From Eledone cirrhosa (taxonomy: Eukaryota), in contig OZ024740.1 in the NCBI GenBank assembly GCA_964016885.1, positions 13,392,001-13,456,000 of the forward strand: a stretch of 64,000 nt of DNA. The letters run 5' to 3'. The position numbers and the translations under genes were made by a program. Shown in pieces: positions 1-13,480 of this stretch. The notes under the pieces are model-generated. The model worked only from the letters and a program-made list of their open reading frames with translations. It did not search any database and had not been told where the DNA came from. Position 1 is the stretch's first letter, and each line of letters opens with the position of its first letter.

Positions 1-3000
1 TGATAGTGGTGGTGGTGTTGCTAGTGATAGTGGTGGTGGTGTTGCTAGTGATGGTGGTGGTGGTGTTGCTAGTGATGGTGATGGTGTTGTTGCTAGTGAT
101 GGTGGTGGTGGTGTTGCTAGTGATGGTGGTGGTGGTGTTGCTAGTGATAGTTGTGGTGGTGTTGCTAGTGATGGTGGTGGTGGTGTTGCTAGTGATGGTG
201 GTGGTGGTGTTGCTAGTGATGGTGATGGTGGTGTTGCTAGTGATGGTGGTGGTGGTGTTGCTAGCGATGGTGGTGGTGGTGTTGCTAGTGATGGTGGTGG
301 TGGTGTTGCTAGTGATAGTGATGGTGGTGTTGCTAGTGATGGTGGTGGTGGTGTTGCTAGTGATGGTGGTGGTAATGTTGCTAGTGATACTGGTAGTGGT
401 ATTGCTAGTGATAGTGGTGGTGGTGTTGCTAGTGATAGTGGTGGTGGTGTTGCTAGTGATAGTGGTGGTGGTGGTGGTGTTGCTAGTGATGGTGGTTGTG
501 ATGTTGCTAGTGATACTGGTGGTGGTGTTGCTAGTGATGGTGATGGTGGTGTTGCTAGTGATAGTGGTGGTGGTGTTGCTAGTGATAGTGGTGGTGGTGT
601 TGCTAGTGATAGTGGTGGTGGTGTTGCTAGTGATAGTGGTGGTGGTGTTGCTAGTGATAGTGGTGGTGGTGTTGCTAGTGATAGTGGTGGTGGTGTTGCT
701 AGTGATGGTGGTGGTGGTGTTGCTAGTGATGGTGATGGTGGTGTTGCTAGTGATGGTAGTGGTAGTGTTGCTAGTGATGGTGGTGGTGGTGTTGCTAGTG
801 ATAGTGGTGGTGGTGTTGCTAGTGATGGTGTTGTTGCTAGTGATAGTGGTGGTGGTGTTGCTAGTGATAGTGGTGGTGGTGTTGCTAGTGATGGTGGTGT
901 TGGTGATGGTGTTGCTAGTGATGGTGATGGTGGTGGTGGTGTTGTTAGTGATGGTGGTAGTGGTGTTGCTAGTGATGGTGGTGGTGGTGTTGCTAGTGAT
1001 GATGGTGGTGGTGTTGCTAGTGATAGTGGTGGTGGTGTTGCTAGTGATGGTGGTGGTGGTGTTGCTAGTGATAGTGGTGGTGGTGTTGCTAGTGATAGTG
1101 GTGGTGGTGTTGCTAGTGATAGTGGTGGTGGTGTTGCTAGTGATAGTGGTGGTGGTGTTGCTAGTGATGGTGGTGGTGGTGTTGCTAGTGATGGTGGTGG
1201 TGGTGTTGCTAGTGATGGTGGTGGTGGTGTTGCTAGTGATAGTGGTGGTGGTGTTGCTAGTGATGGTGGTGGTGTTGCTAGTGATAGTGATGGTGGTGGT
1301 GGTGTTGCTAGTGATGGTGGTGTTGCTAGTGATAGTGGTGGTGGTGTTGCTAGTGATGGTGGTGGTGGTGTTGCTAGTGATGGTGATGGTAGTGTTGCTA
1401 GTGATGGTGGTGGTGGTGTTGCTAGTGATAGTGGTGGTGGTGTTACTAGTGATGGTGATGGTGGTGTTGCTAGTGATAGTGCTGGTGGTGTTGTTAGTGA
1501 TGGTGGTGGTGGTGTTGCTAGTGATGGTGATGGTGGTGTTGCTAGTGATGGTGGTGGTGGTGTTGCTTGTGATGGTGGTGGTGGTGGTGTTGCTAGTGAT
1601 GGTGGTGGTGGTGTTGCTAGTGATGGTGGTGGTGGTGTTGCTAGGGATAGTGGTGGTGGTGTTGCTAGTGATGGTGGCGGTGGTGTTGCTAGTGATGGTG
1701 ATGGTGGTGTTGCTAGTGATGGTGGTGGTGGTGTTGCTAGTGATGGTGGTGGTGGTGTTGCTAGTGATGGTGGTGGTGGTGTTGCTAGTGATAGTGATGG
1801 TGGTGTTGCTAGTGATGGTGGTGGTGGTGTTGCTAGTGATGGTGGTGGTAATGCTGCTAGTGATACTGGTGGTGGTGTTGCTAGTGATGGTGGTGGTGGT
1901 GTTGCTATTGATGGTGGTGGTGGTGTTGCTAGTGATAGTGGTGGTGGTGTTGCTAGTGATAGTGGTGGTGGTGTTGCTAGTGATAGTGGTGTTGCTAGTG
2001 ATGGTGGTGGTGGTGTTGCTAGTGATACTGGTGGTGGTGTTGCTGGTGATAGTGGTGGTGGTGTTGCTAGTGATAGTGGTGGTGGTGTTGCTAGTGATAG
2101 TGGTGGTGGTGTTGCTAGTGATAGTGGTGGTGGTGTTGCTAGTGATAGTGGTGGTGGTGTTGCTAGTGATGGTGGTGGTGGTGTTGCTAGTGATGGTGAT
2201 GGTGGTGTTGCTAGTGATGGTGGTGGTGGTGTTGCTAGTGATGGTGGTGGTGGTGTTGCTAGTGATAGTGGTGGTAGTGTTGCTAGTGATGGTGGTGTTG
2301 CTAGTGATAGTGGTGGTGGTGTTGCTAGTGATAGTGGTGGTGGTGTTGCTAGTGATGGTGGTGTTGGTGGTGGTGTTGCTAGTGATGGTGATCGTGGTGG
2401 TGGTGTTGTTTGTGATGGTGGTGGTGGTGTTGCTAGTGATGGTGGTGGTGGTGTTGCTAGTGATGGTGGTGGTGGTGTTGCTAGTGATAGTGGTGCTGGT
2501 GTTGCTAGTGATGGTGGTGGTGGTGTTGCTAGTGATAGTGGTGGTGGTAGTGGTGGTGTTGCTAGTGATGGTGGTGGTGGTGTTGCTAGTGATGGTGATG
2601 GTGGTGTTGCTAGTGATAGTGGTGATGGTGGTGGTGGTGTTGCTAGTGATGGTGGTGGTGGTGTTGCTAGTGATGGTGCTGGTGTTGTTGCTAGTGATAG
2701 TGATGGCGGTGGTGGTGTTGCTAGTGATAGTGGTGGTGGTGTTGCTAGTGATAGTGGTGGTGGTGTTGCTAGTGATGGTGGTGGTGGTGTTGCTAGTGAT
2801 GGTGATGGTGTTGTTGCTAGTGATGGTGGTGGTGGTGTTGCTAGTGATGGTGGTGGTGGTGTTGCTAGTGATAGTTGTGGTGGTGTTGCTAGTGATGGTG
2901 GTGGTGGTGTTGCTAGTGATGGTGGTGGTGGTGTTGCTAGTGATGGTGATGGTGGTGTTGCTAGTGATGGTGGTGGTGGTGTTGCTAGCGATGGTGGTGG

Positions 3001-6000
3001 TGGTGTTGCTAGTGATGGTGGTGGTGGTGTTGCTAGTGATAGTGATGGTGGTGTTGCTAGTGATGGTGGTGGTGGTGTTGCTAGTGATGGTGGTGGTAAT
3101 GTTGCTAGTGATACTGGTAGTGGTATTGCTAGTGATAGTGGTGGTGGTGTTGCTAGTGATAGTGGTGGTGGTGTTGCTAGTGATAGTGGTGGTGGTGGTG
3201 GTGTTGCTAGTGATGGTGGTTGTGATGTTGCTAGTGATACTGGTGGTGGTGTTGCTAGTGATGGTGATGGTGGTGTTGCTAGTGATAGTGGTGGTGGTGT
3301 TGCTAGTGATAGTGGTGGTGGTGTTGCTAGTGATAGTGGTGGTGGTGTTGCTAGTGATAGTGGTGGTGGTGTTGCTAGTGATAGTGGTGGTGGTGTTGCT
3401 AGTGATAGTGGTGGTGGTGTTGCTAGTGATGGTGGTGGTGGTGTTGCTAGTGATGGTGATGGTGGTGTTGCTAGTGATGGTAGTGGTAGTGTTGCTAGTG
3501 ATGGTGGTGGTGGTGTTGCTAGTGATAGTGGTGGTGGTGTTGCTAGTGATGGTGTTGTTGCTAGTGATAGTGGTGGTGGTGTTGCTAGTGATAGTGGTGG
3601 TGGTGTTGCTAGTGATGGTGGTGTTGGTGATGGTGTTGCTAGTGATGGTGATGGTGGTGGTGGTGTTGTTAGTGATGGTGGTAGTGGTGTTGCTAGTGAT
3701 GGTGGTGGTGGTGTTGCTAGTGATGATGGTGGTGGTGTTGCTAGTGATAGTGGTGGTGGTGTTGCTAGTGATGGTGGTGGTGGTGTTGCTAGTGATAGTG
3801 GTGGTGGTGTTGCTAGTGATAGTGGTGGTGGTGTTGCTAGTGATAGTGGTGGTGGTGTTGCTAGTGATAGTGGTGGTGGTGTTGCTAGTGATGGTGGTGG
3901 TGGTGTTGCTAGTGATGGTGGTGGTGGTGTTGCTAGTGATGGTGGTGGTGGTGTTGCTAGTGATAGTGGTGGTGGTGTTGCTAGTGATGGTGGTGGTGTT
4001 GCTAGTGATAGTGATGGTGGTGGTGGTGTTGCTAGTGATGGTGGTGTTGCTAGTGATAGTGGTGGTGGTGTTGCTAGTGATGGTGGTGGTGGTGTTGCTA
4101 GTGATGGTGATGGTAGTGTTGCTAGTGATGGTGGTGGTGGTGTTGCTAGTGATAGTGGTGGTGGTGTTACTAGTGATGGTGATGGTGGTGTTGCTAGTGA
4201 TAGTGCTGGTGGTGTTGTTAGTGATGGTGGTGGTGGTGTTGCTAGTGATGGTGATGGTGGTGTTGCTAGTGATGGTGGTGGTGGTGTTGCTTGTGATGGT
4301 GGTGGTGGTGGTGTTGCTAGTGATGGTGGTGGTGGTGTTGCTAGTGATGGTGGTGGTGGTGTTGCTAGGGATAGTGGTGGTGGTGTTGCTAGTGATGGTG
4401 GCGGTGGTGTTGCTAGTGATGGTGATGGTGGTGTTGCTAGTGATGGTGGTGGTGGTGTTGCTAGTGATGGTGGTGGTGGTGTTGCTAGTGATGGTGGTGG
4501 TGGTGTTGCTAGTGATAGTGATGGTGGTGTTGCTAGTGATGGTGGTGGTGGTGTTGCTAGTGATGGTGGTGGTAATGCTGCTAGTGATACTGGTGGTGGT
4601 GTTGCTAGTGATGGTGGTGGTGGTGTTGCTATTGATGGTGGTGGTGGTGTTGCTAGTGATAGTGGTGGTGGTGTTGCTAGTGATAGTGGTGGTGGTGTTG
4701 CTAGTGATAGTGGTGTTGCTAGTGATGGTGGTGGTGGTGTTGCTAGTGATACTGGTGGTGGTGTTGCTGGTGATAGTGGTGGTGGTGTTGCTAGTGATAG
4801 TGGTGGTGGTGTTGCTAGTGATAGTGGTGGTGGTGTTGCTAGTGATAGTGGTGGTGGTGTTGCTAGTGATAGTGGTGGTGGTGTTGCTAGTGATGGTGGT
4901 GGTGGTGTTGCTAGTGATGGTGATGGTGGTGTTGCTAGTGATGGTGGTGGTGGTGTTGCTAGTGATGGTGGTGGTGGTGTTGCTAGTGATAGTGGTGGTA
5001 GTGTTGCTAGTGATGGTGGTGTTGCTAGTGATAGTGGTGGTGGTGTTGCTAGTGATAGTGGTGGTGGTGTTGCTAGTGATGGTGGTGTTGGTGGTGGTGT
5101 TGCTAGTGATGGTGATCGTGGTGGTGGTGTTGTTTGTGATGGTGGTGGTGGTGTTGCTAGTGATGGTGGTGGTGGTGTTGCTAGTGATGGTGGTGGTGGT
5201 GTTGCTAGTGATAGTGGTGCTGGTGTTGCTAGTGATGGTGGTGGTGGTGTTGCTAGTGATAGTGGTGGTGGTAGTGGTGGTGTTGCTAGTGATGGTGGTG
5301 GTGGTGTTGCTAGTGATGGTGATGGTGGTGTTGCTAGTGATGGTGGTGGTGGTGTTGCTAGTGATGGTGGTGGTGGTGTTGCTAGTGATAGTGGTGGTGG
5401 TGTTGCTAGTGATAGTGGTGGAGGTGTTGCTAGTGATGTTGGTGGTGGTGTTGCTAGTGATGGTGGTGGTGGTGTTGCTAGTGATAGTGGTGGTGGTGTT
5501 GCTAGTGATAGTGGTGGTGGTGTTGCTAGTGATGGTGGTGGTGGTGTTGCTAGTGATGGTGGTGTTGGGGTTGCTAGTGATGGTGGTGGTGGTGTTGCTA
5601 GTGATAGTGGTGGTGGTGTTGCTAGTGATGGTGGTGGTGTTGCTAGTGATAGTGATGGTGGTGGTGGTGTTGCTAGTGATGGTGGTGTTGCTAGTGATAG
5701 TGGTGGTGGTGTTGCTAGTGATGGTGGTGGTGGTGTTGCTAGTGATGGTGATGGTGGTGTTGCTAGTGATGGTGGTGGTGGTGTTGCTAGTGATAGTGGT
5801 GGTGGTGTTGCTAGTGATGGTGATGGTGGTGTTGCTAGTGATAGTGGTGGTGGTGTTGCTAGTGATGGTGGTGGTGGTGTTGCTAGTGATGGTGATGGTG
5901 GTGTTGCTAGTGATGGTGGTGGTGGTGTTGCTAGTGATGGTGGTGGTGGTGTTGCTAGTGATGGTGGTGGTGGTGGTGTTGCTAGTGATAGTGGTGGTGG

Positions 6001-9000
6001 TGTTGCTAGTGATGGTGGTGGTGGCGTTGCTAGTGATGGTGGTGGTGGTGTTGCTAGTGATAGTCGTGTTGGTGTTGCTAGTGATGGTGGTGGTGGCGTT
6101 GCTAGTGATGGTGGTGGTGGTGTTGCTAGTGATAGTGGTGGTGGTGTTGCTAGTGATGGTGGTGGTGGTGTTGCTAGTGATGGTGGTGGTGGTGTTGCTA
6201 GTGATGGTGGTGGTGTTGTTGCTAGTGATAGTGATGGCGGTGTTGCTAGTGATGGTGGTGGTGGTGTTGCTAGTCATAGTGGTGGTGTTGTTGCTAGTGA
6301 TGTTGGTGGTGGTGTTGCTAGTGATGGTGGTGGTGGTGTTGCTAGTGATGGTGATGGTGGTGTTGCTAGTGATGGTGGTGGTGGTGTTGCTAGTGATGGT
6401 GGTGGTGTTGCTAGTGATGGTGGTGGTGGTGTTGCTAGTGATGGTGGTGGTGGTGTTGCTACTGATGGTGGTGGTGGTGTTTCTAGTGATGGTGGTGGTG
6501 GTGGTGTTGCTAGTGATAGTGGTGGTGGTGTTGCTAGTGATAGTGGTGGTGGTTGTGGTGTTGCTAGTGATATTGGTGGTGGTGTTGCTAGTGATGGTGG
6601 TGGTGGTGTTGCTAGTTATGGTGGTGGTGGTGTTGCTAGTGATGGTGATGGTGGTGTTGCTAGTGATGGTGGTGGTGGTGTTGCTAGTGATGGTTTTGGT
6701 GGTGTTGCTAGTGATAGTGGTGGTGGTGTTGCTAGTGATAGTGGTGGAGGTGTTGCTAGTGATGGTGGTGGTGGTGTTGCTAGTGATGGTGGTGGTGGTG
6801 TTGCTAGTGATAGTGGTGGTGGTGGTGGTGTTGCTAGTGATAGTGATGGTGGTGGTGGTGTTGCTAGTGATGGTGGTGGTGGTGTTGCTAGTGATGGTGG
6901 TGGTGGTGTTGCTAGTGATGGTGGTGGTGGTGTTACTAGTGATGGTGGTGGTGGTGTTGCTAGTGATAGTGGTGGTGGTGTTGCTAGTGATAGTGGTGGT
7001 GGTGTTGCTAGTGATGGTGGTGGTGGTGTTGCTAGTGATAGTGGTGGTGGTGTTGCTAGTGATAGTGGTGGTGGTGTTGCTAGTGATAGTGGTGGTGGTG
7101 TTGCTAGTGATGGTGGTGGTGGTGTTGCTAGTGATGGTGGTGGTGGTGTTGCTAGTGATGGTGGTGGTGGTGTTGCTAGTGATAGTGGTGGTGGTGTTGC
7201 TAGTGATAGTGATGGTGGTGGTGGTGTTGCTAGTGATGGTGGTGTTGCTAGTGATGGTGGTGGTGGTGTTGCTAGTGATGGTGGTGGTGGTGTTGCTAGT
7301 GATGGTGGTGGTGGTGTTGCTAGTGATGGTGGTGGTGGTGTTTCTAGTGATGGTGATGGTGGTGTTGCTAGTGATAGTGGTGGTGGTGTTGCTAGTGATG
7401 GTGGTGGTGGTGTTGCTAGTGATGGTGGTGGTGGTGTTGCTAGTGATAGTGGTGGTGGTGTTGCTAGTGATGGTGGTGGTGGTGTTGCTAGTGATGGTGG
7501 TGGTGGTGTTGCTAGTGATAGTGGTGGTGGTGGTGGTGTTGCTAGTGATAGTGGTGGTGGTGTTGCTAGTGATAGTGGTGGTGGTGGTGGTGTTGCTAGT
7601 GATAGTGGTGGTGGTGTTGCTAGTGATGGTGGTGGTGGTGTTGCTAGTGATGGTGATGGTGTTGTTGCTAGTGATGCTGGTGGTGGTGTTGCTATTGATG
7701 GTGGTGGTGGTGTTGCTAGTGATAGTGGTGGTGGTGTTGCTAGTGATAGTGGTGGAGGTGTTGCTAGTGATGGTGGTGGTGGTGTTGCTAGTGATGGTGG
7801 TGGTGGTGTTGCTAGTGATAGTGGTGGTGGTGGTGGTGTTGCTAGTGATAGTGATGGTGGTGGTGGTGCTGCTAGTGATAGTGGTGGTGGTGTTGCTAGT
7901 GATAGTGGTGGTGGTGTTGCTAGTGATAGTGGTGGTGGTGTTGCTAGTGATGGTGATGGTGGTGTTGCTAGTGATGGTGGTGGTGGTGTTGCTAGTGATA
8001 GTGGTGGTGGTGGTGCTAGTGATAGTGGTGGTGGTGTTGCTAGTGATGGTGGTGGTGGTGTTGCTAGTGATAGTGGTGGTGGTGTTGCTAGTGATAGTGG
8101 TGGTGGTGTTGCTAGTGATAGTGGTGGTGGTGTTGCTAGTGATAGTGGTGGTGGTGTTGCTAGTGATGGTGGTGGTGGTGTTGCTAGTGATAGTGGTGGT
8201 GGTGGTGGTGGTGTTGCTAGTGATAGTGATGGTGGTGGTGGTGTTGCTAGTGATAGTGATGGTGCTGGTGGTGTTGCTAGTGATAGTGGTGGTGGTGATA
8301 GTGATGGTGGTGGTGTTGCTAGTGATGGTGGTGGTGGTGTTGCTAGTGATGGTGGTGGTGGTGCTGCTAGTGATGGTGGTGGTGGTGTTGCTAGTGATAG
8401 TGGTGGTGGTGTTGTTAGTGATGGTGGTGGTGATGTTGCTAGTGATAGTGGTGGTGTTGTTGTTAGTGATAGTGGTGGTGGTGTTGCTAGTGATAGTGGT
8501 GGTGGTGTTGCTAGTGATAGTGGTGGTCGTGGTGGTGTTGCTAGTGATAGTGGTGGTGGTGTTGCTAGTGATAGTGGTGGTGGTGTTGCTAGTGATGGTG
8601 GTGGTGGTGTTGCTAGTGATAGTGGTGGAAGTGTTGCTAGTGATGGTGGTGGTGGTGTTGCTAGTGATAGTGGTGGAGGTGTTGCTAGTGATGGTGGTGG
8701 TGGTGTTGCTAGTGATAGTGGTGGTGGTGTTGCTAGTGATGGTGGTGGTGGTGTTGCTAGTGATAGTGGTGGTGGTGTTGCTAGTGATGGTGGTGGTGGT
8801 GTTGCTAGTGATGGTGGTGGTGGTGTTGCTAGTGATAGTGGTGGTGGTGTTGCTAGTGATGGTGGTGGTGGTGTTGCTAGTGATGGTGGTGGTGGTGTTG
8901 CTAGTGATGGTGGTGGTGGTGTTGCTAGTGATAGTGGTGGTGGTGTTGCTAGTGTTGGTGGTGGTGGTGTTGCTAGTGATGGTGGTGGTGGTGTTGCTAG

Positions 9001-9757
9001 TGATGGTGGTGGTGGTGTTGCTAGTGATGGTGGTGGTGTTGCTAGTGATGGTGGTGTTGCTAGTGATAGTGGTGGTGGTGTTGCTAGTGATGGTGGTGGT
9101 GTTGTTGCTAGTGATGGTGGTGGTGGTGTTGCTAGTGATGGTGATGGTGTTGCTAGTGATAGTGGTGGTGGTGTTGCTAGTGATGGTGGTGGTGGTGTTG
9201 CTAGTGATAGTGGTGGTGGTGTTGCTAGTGATGGTGGTGGTGGTGTTGCTAGTGATGGTGGTGGTGGTGTTGCTAGTGATGGTGGTGGTGGTGTTGCTAG
9301 TGATAGTGGTGGTGGTGGTGGTGTTGCTAGTGGTGGTGGTGTTGCTAGTGATAGTGGTGGTGGTGGTGGTGGTGTTGCTAGTGATGGTGGTGGTGGTGCT
9401 GCTAGTGATAGTGGTGGTGGTTTTGCTAGTGATGGTGGTGGTGGTGTTGCTAGTGATGGTGGTGTTGCTAGTGATAGTGATGTTGCTAGTGATAGTGATG
9501 GTGGTGGTGGTGTTGCTAGTGATAGTGGTGGTGGTGGTGGTGTTGCTAGTGATGGTGGTTGTGGTGATAGTGATAGTGGTGGTGGTGGTGGTGATAGTGA
9601 TAGTGGTGGTGGTGGTGGTGTTGCTAGTGATAGTGGTGGTGGTGGTGGTGGTGTTGCTAGTGATGGTGGTGGTGGTGTTGCTAGTGATAGTGGTGGTGGT
9701 GGTGGTGTTGCTAGTGGTGGTGGTGGTGGTGGTGGTGGTGTTGCTAGTGATAGTGTT
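1..9757. repeat. 24-bp minisatellite/satellite, consensus TTGCTAGTGATRGTGGTGGTGGTG, with variable (GGT)n length; runs off the left edge
   Basis: Direct tandem periodicity; unit length varies in steps of 3 nt; strongly G/T-rich on +. Confidence 0.98.
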
Positions 9758-9760
9758 GAA

Positions 9761-11040
9761 TTTATCGAATCCAAAATGATAAAAAGCAAAGTAGACTTTG
9801 GCAAGATTTGAAATCAGACTATTTAGATCTGGAAGCCACGACACAAGCCTTACCACACTCCAACAGATCTGGAAGCCACGACACAGGCCTTACCACACTC
9901 CAACAGATCTGGAAGCCACGACACAGGCCTTACCACACTCCAACAGATCTGGAAGCCACGACACAGGCCTTACCACACTCCAATAGATCTGGCAGCCACG
10001 ACACAGGCCTTACCACACTCCAACATATCTGGAAGCCACGACACAGTCCTTACCACACTCCAACACATCTGGTAGCCACGACACAGGCCTTACCACACTC
10101 CAACAGATCTGGAAGCCACGACACAGGCCTTACCACACTCCAACACATCTGGAAGCCACGACACAGGCCTACCACACTCCAACACATCTGGAAGCCACGA
10201 CACAGGCCTTACCACACTCCAACACATCTGGAAGCCACGAAACAGGCCTTACCACACTCCAACAGATCTAGAAGCCACGACACAGGCCTTACCACACTCC
10301 AACAGATCTGGAAGCCACGACAAAGGCCTTACCACACTCCAACACATCTGGAAGCCACGAAACAGGCCTTACCACACTCCAACAGATCTGGAAGCCACGA
10401 CACAGGCCTTACCACACTCCAACAGATCTGGAAGCCACGACACAGGCCTTACCACACTCCAACAGATCTGGAAGCCACGAAACAGGCCTTACCACACTCC
10501 AACACATCTGGAAGCCACGACACAGGCCTTACCACACTCCAACAGATCTGTAAGAAACGACACAGGCCTTACCACACTCCAACAGATCTGGAAGCCACGA
10601 CACAGGCCTTACCACACTCCGACAGATCTGGAAGCCACGACACAGGCCTTACCACACTCCAACAGATCTGGAAGCCACGACACAGGCCTTACCACACACC
10701 AACATATCTGGAAGCCACGACACAGGCCTTACCACACTCCAACAGATCTGGAAGCCACGACACAGGCCTTACCACACTCCAACAGATCTGGAAGCCACGA
10801 CACAGGCCTTACCACACTCCAACACATCTGGAAGCCACGACACAGGCCTTACCACACTCCAACACATCTGGAAGCCACGACACAGGCCTTACCAAACTCC
10901 AACAGATCTGGAAGAAACGACACAGGCCTTACCACACTCCAACAGATCTGGAAGCCACGACACAGGCCTTACCACACCCCAACAGATCTGGAAGCCACGA
11001 CACAGGCCTTACCACACTCCAACAGATCTGCTAATTCACG
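9761..11040 (-). mobile_element. tRNA-derived Meta/MESC-core SINE interrupted by an internal 40-bp tandem expansion
   Basis: 9761-9824 (tttatcgaatccaaaatgataaaaagcaaagtagactttggcaagatttgaaatcaga) aligns to the SINE copy at ~12315-12372 (tttatcgactccgtaaggatgaaaggcaaagctaactttggcaggatttgaactcaga). The post-array flank ctgctaattcac matches the SINE head ctgccaatccac (reverse complement of 11053-11064). Confidence 0.75.
9825..11030. repeat. 40-bp minisatellite, ~30 copies (AGATCTGGAAGCCACGACACAGGCCTTACCACACTCCAAC)
   Basis: Head-to-tail units with few substitutions and one 1-nt deletion near 10170; no spacers. Confidence 0.98.
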
Positions 11041-11051
11041 GTCTATAACTT

Positions 11052-11237
11052 GTGGATTGGCAGTATCGGTAGAGGGTCGGACGCCATGCTTTCTAGCATA
11101 GAAATACGGCCCTTTATGGTCTGAGTTCAAATCCTGCCGAGGTTAATTTTGCCTTTCATCCTTACGGGGTCGATAAAATAAAGTACCAGTAATACACTGG
11201 GTAATTGCTGGCCTTGTGCCAAAAGTAGAAACAATAA
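11052..11237 (+). mobile_element. tRNA-derived SINE with Meta/MESC-type core (octopus OK/OR-like)
   Basis: A-box-like TGGCAGTATCGG at 11058-11069; B-box GTTCAAATC at 11125-11133; core GCCTTTCATCCTTACGGGGTCGATAAAATAAAGTACCAG; two further copies in this window. Confidence 0.85.
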
Positions 11238-11303
11238 CTTAAGTTTTTTTTTATTTTTCGTTTTCTTTTTATTTTTCATGATTTATTTTTGTTTTCTTTC
11301 CAG

Positions 11304-11383
11304 GTTTGAACTTGAATGTAAAAAGCCAGAAAAAGTCCTGAGGCCAGAATGTTGTCACGTCTGCTATCAGTTGCATGTCCTTG
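11304..11383 (+). CDS. Candidate host exon (FELECKKPEKVLRPECCHVCYQLHVL...), product unknown; 3' end uncertain
   Basis: Long polypyrimidine tract ending TTTTCTTTCCAG|G at 11303, then a complex stop-free frame. No strong donor site seen. Confidence 0.3.
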
Positions 11384-11461
11384 GGTTATATACGTCACAT
11401 TTGTTATTTCTTAAATGCATCTGTCATCAAGCACAGCAATAGCATTAAAACAGCACCAGCC

Positions 11462-12122
<661 letters not shown>

Positions 12123-12227
12123 ATGTTTAGTTCCAAATCAACCCCTACTGAGAAGTCCCCGACTTATGGAAACGACGGGATGGTCATGGATGGAAGAGCC
12201 TTCAACCACAGGTCAACTCGCTTTAAT

Positions 12228-12446
12228 TGTGTTTCTACATTTGGCACAAGACCAGCTTTTGAAGGGATGAGGAAAGTTGATTTAATCGGCACCAGTACAT
12301 TACTGGTACTTTATTTTATCGACTCCGTAAGGATGAAAGGCAAAGCTAACTTTGGCAGGATTTGAACTCAGAATGTAAAGGGCCATAACTCTATGCCACA
12401 AAGCATGTTGTTCGATGCTCTACCGATACTTCTTATCTACCGCCCT
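12228..12446 (-). mobile_element. tRNA-derived Meta/MESC-core SINE
   Basis: Reverse-complement similarity to 11052-11237 (ctggtactttattttatcgactccgtaaggatgaaaggcaaa...gatttgaactcaga). Confidence 0.85.
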
Positions 12447-12893
12447 AATCTAGCTTTAAATATTAACAACTACAACTCATCTATACTGACGAGCCAACGT
12501 GGAGGATTCTCTGTGCAGTCGTTTAATCTACTAGAAATAACAGCCAAACAGCCCTCAAATCACACCAACATATATGATAATGTAGTTCTTGATATAGAGA
12601 CGAAGACTTCGTCATAGATGTAATGGATCAGGACTGATCTGAGGTAAACCAGCAGCAGTACCAATAACAACAACAACAACGACATGAACAGCAACATTAA
12701 GCCCTGTATACAGATATATGATGCTCACCAGGGAAGTTTGAGGGACGGAGATATAAATTTAGCGTCCATTTGTGTTGAAATCTTAGCAATAACGTTATTA
12801 GTTCAGGAACCAGATGAAATATATCTGTCATATAATTCGACAGCAGACTGGAATAAAGGACATGAAACCATCAAGAAGGGTAAACATAGATAC

Positions 12894-13480
12894 ATTTCTT
12901 TATTTGCCACAAGGGTGCACAAGAAAGGGGACAATACAAAGACATATGGCGGGGCTTTTACATACAGTCGTGTAAAACATTTTAACATACAAATTCAACA
13001 ATCGAAATACCCAATAGTGGGGCGGCGTTACAAATGGGTTGTTTTATACCCCGCAGATAGAACAACCCTCAACTCCAGGAGCGTGTTGTGCAAGTGCTCC
13101 TTTCTTCCTTTTGCTCTCTTCTTCAACCTACAGGTTTATATACAGAGAAGGCCCAATCACTCGGGCCATTTTTTGCCACATTCACCCACCTTTCAGTAAA
13201 TTTACTGGGGTGCAGTACCTCTCTCTCCACTCTGATTCTCCTTCTAAAGTGGTACCTAAAGAAGGGAATGAGTTGTTGTCCATAGATAGACTGGCCACGT
13301 CTCTTGTTTCAGAGACAATAGGTGAACTATCACAGTGACAGACACTAAGGCAGTGGAGGGTGACTAAAGGCAAGATGGCGTGATGATCTGACCTAATAGC
13401 TTGGTCCCACACGACCCAGTATGGCCGCCAGATACAGGAAGCGGTGGAGGTCAACCAGGGAACGGTTCCTCCAACAGGAG
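12894..13480 (-). mobile_element. 3' fragment of an L1/Tx1-like LINE (ORF2 C-terminus plus 3' UTR), degraded
   Basis: The minus strand from 13290 translates SIYGQQLIPFFRYHFRRRIRVEREVLHPSKFTERWVNVAK, then after a frameshift MARVIGPSLYINL*. This resembles Tx1/L1 ORF2 C-termini. The element ends ...CCCTTGTGGCAAATAAAGAAAT with a poly(A) signal. Family call from recognition only. Confidence 0.6.

Noticed and set aside
6-9779. 3257-aa Val/Leu ORF
   Set aside because: By-product of a 24-bp unit with 3n slippage indels; implausible protein composition.
6616-9804. 1062-aa extensin/mucin-like (SLATPPPP)n ORF with an apparent signal peptide
   Set aside because: Antisense reading of the satellite. The N-terminus starts at TTG inside a SINE and the frame is broken mid-array by a stop at 6616.
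9825-11030. CRISPR-like array or 408-aa repeat protein
   Set aside because: Units are contiguous with no unique spacers, there are no cas genes and the context is eukaryotic. The ORF simply cycles through the frames of a 40-bp unit.
11052-11140. Functional tRNA gene
   Set aside because: A and B boxes are present, but the sequence continues into a SINE core and no convincing cloverleaf is evident.
12684-13454. Several 60-170 aa ORFs
   Set aside because: Antisense or off-frame readings over the L1/Tx1 fragment; no domain motifs.
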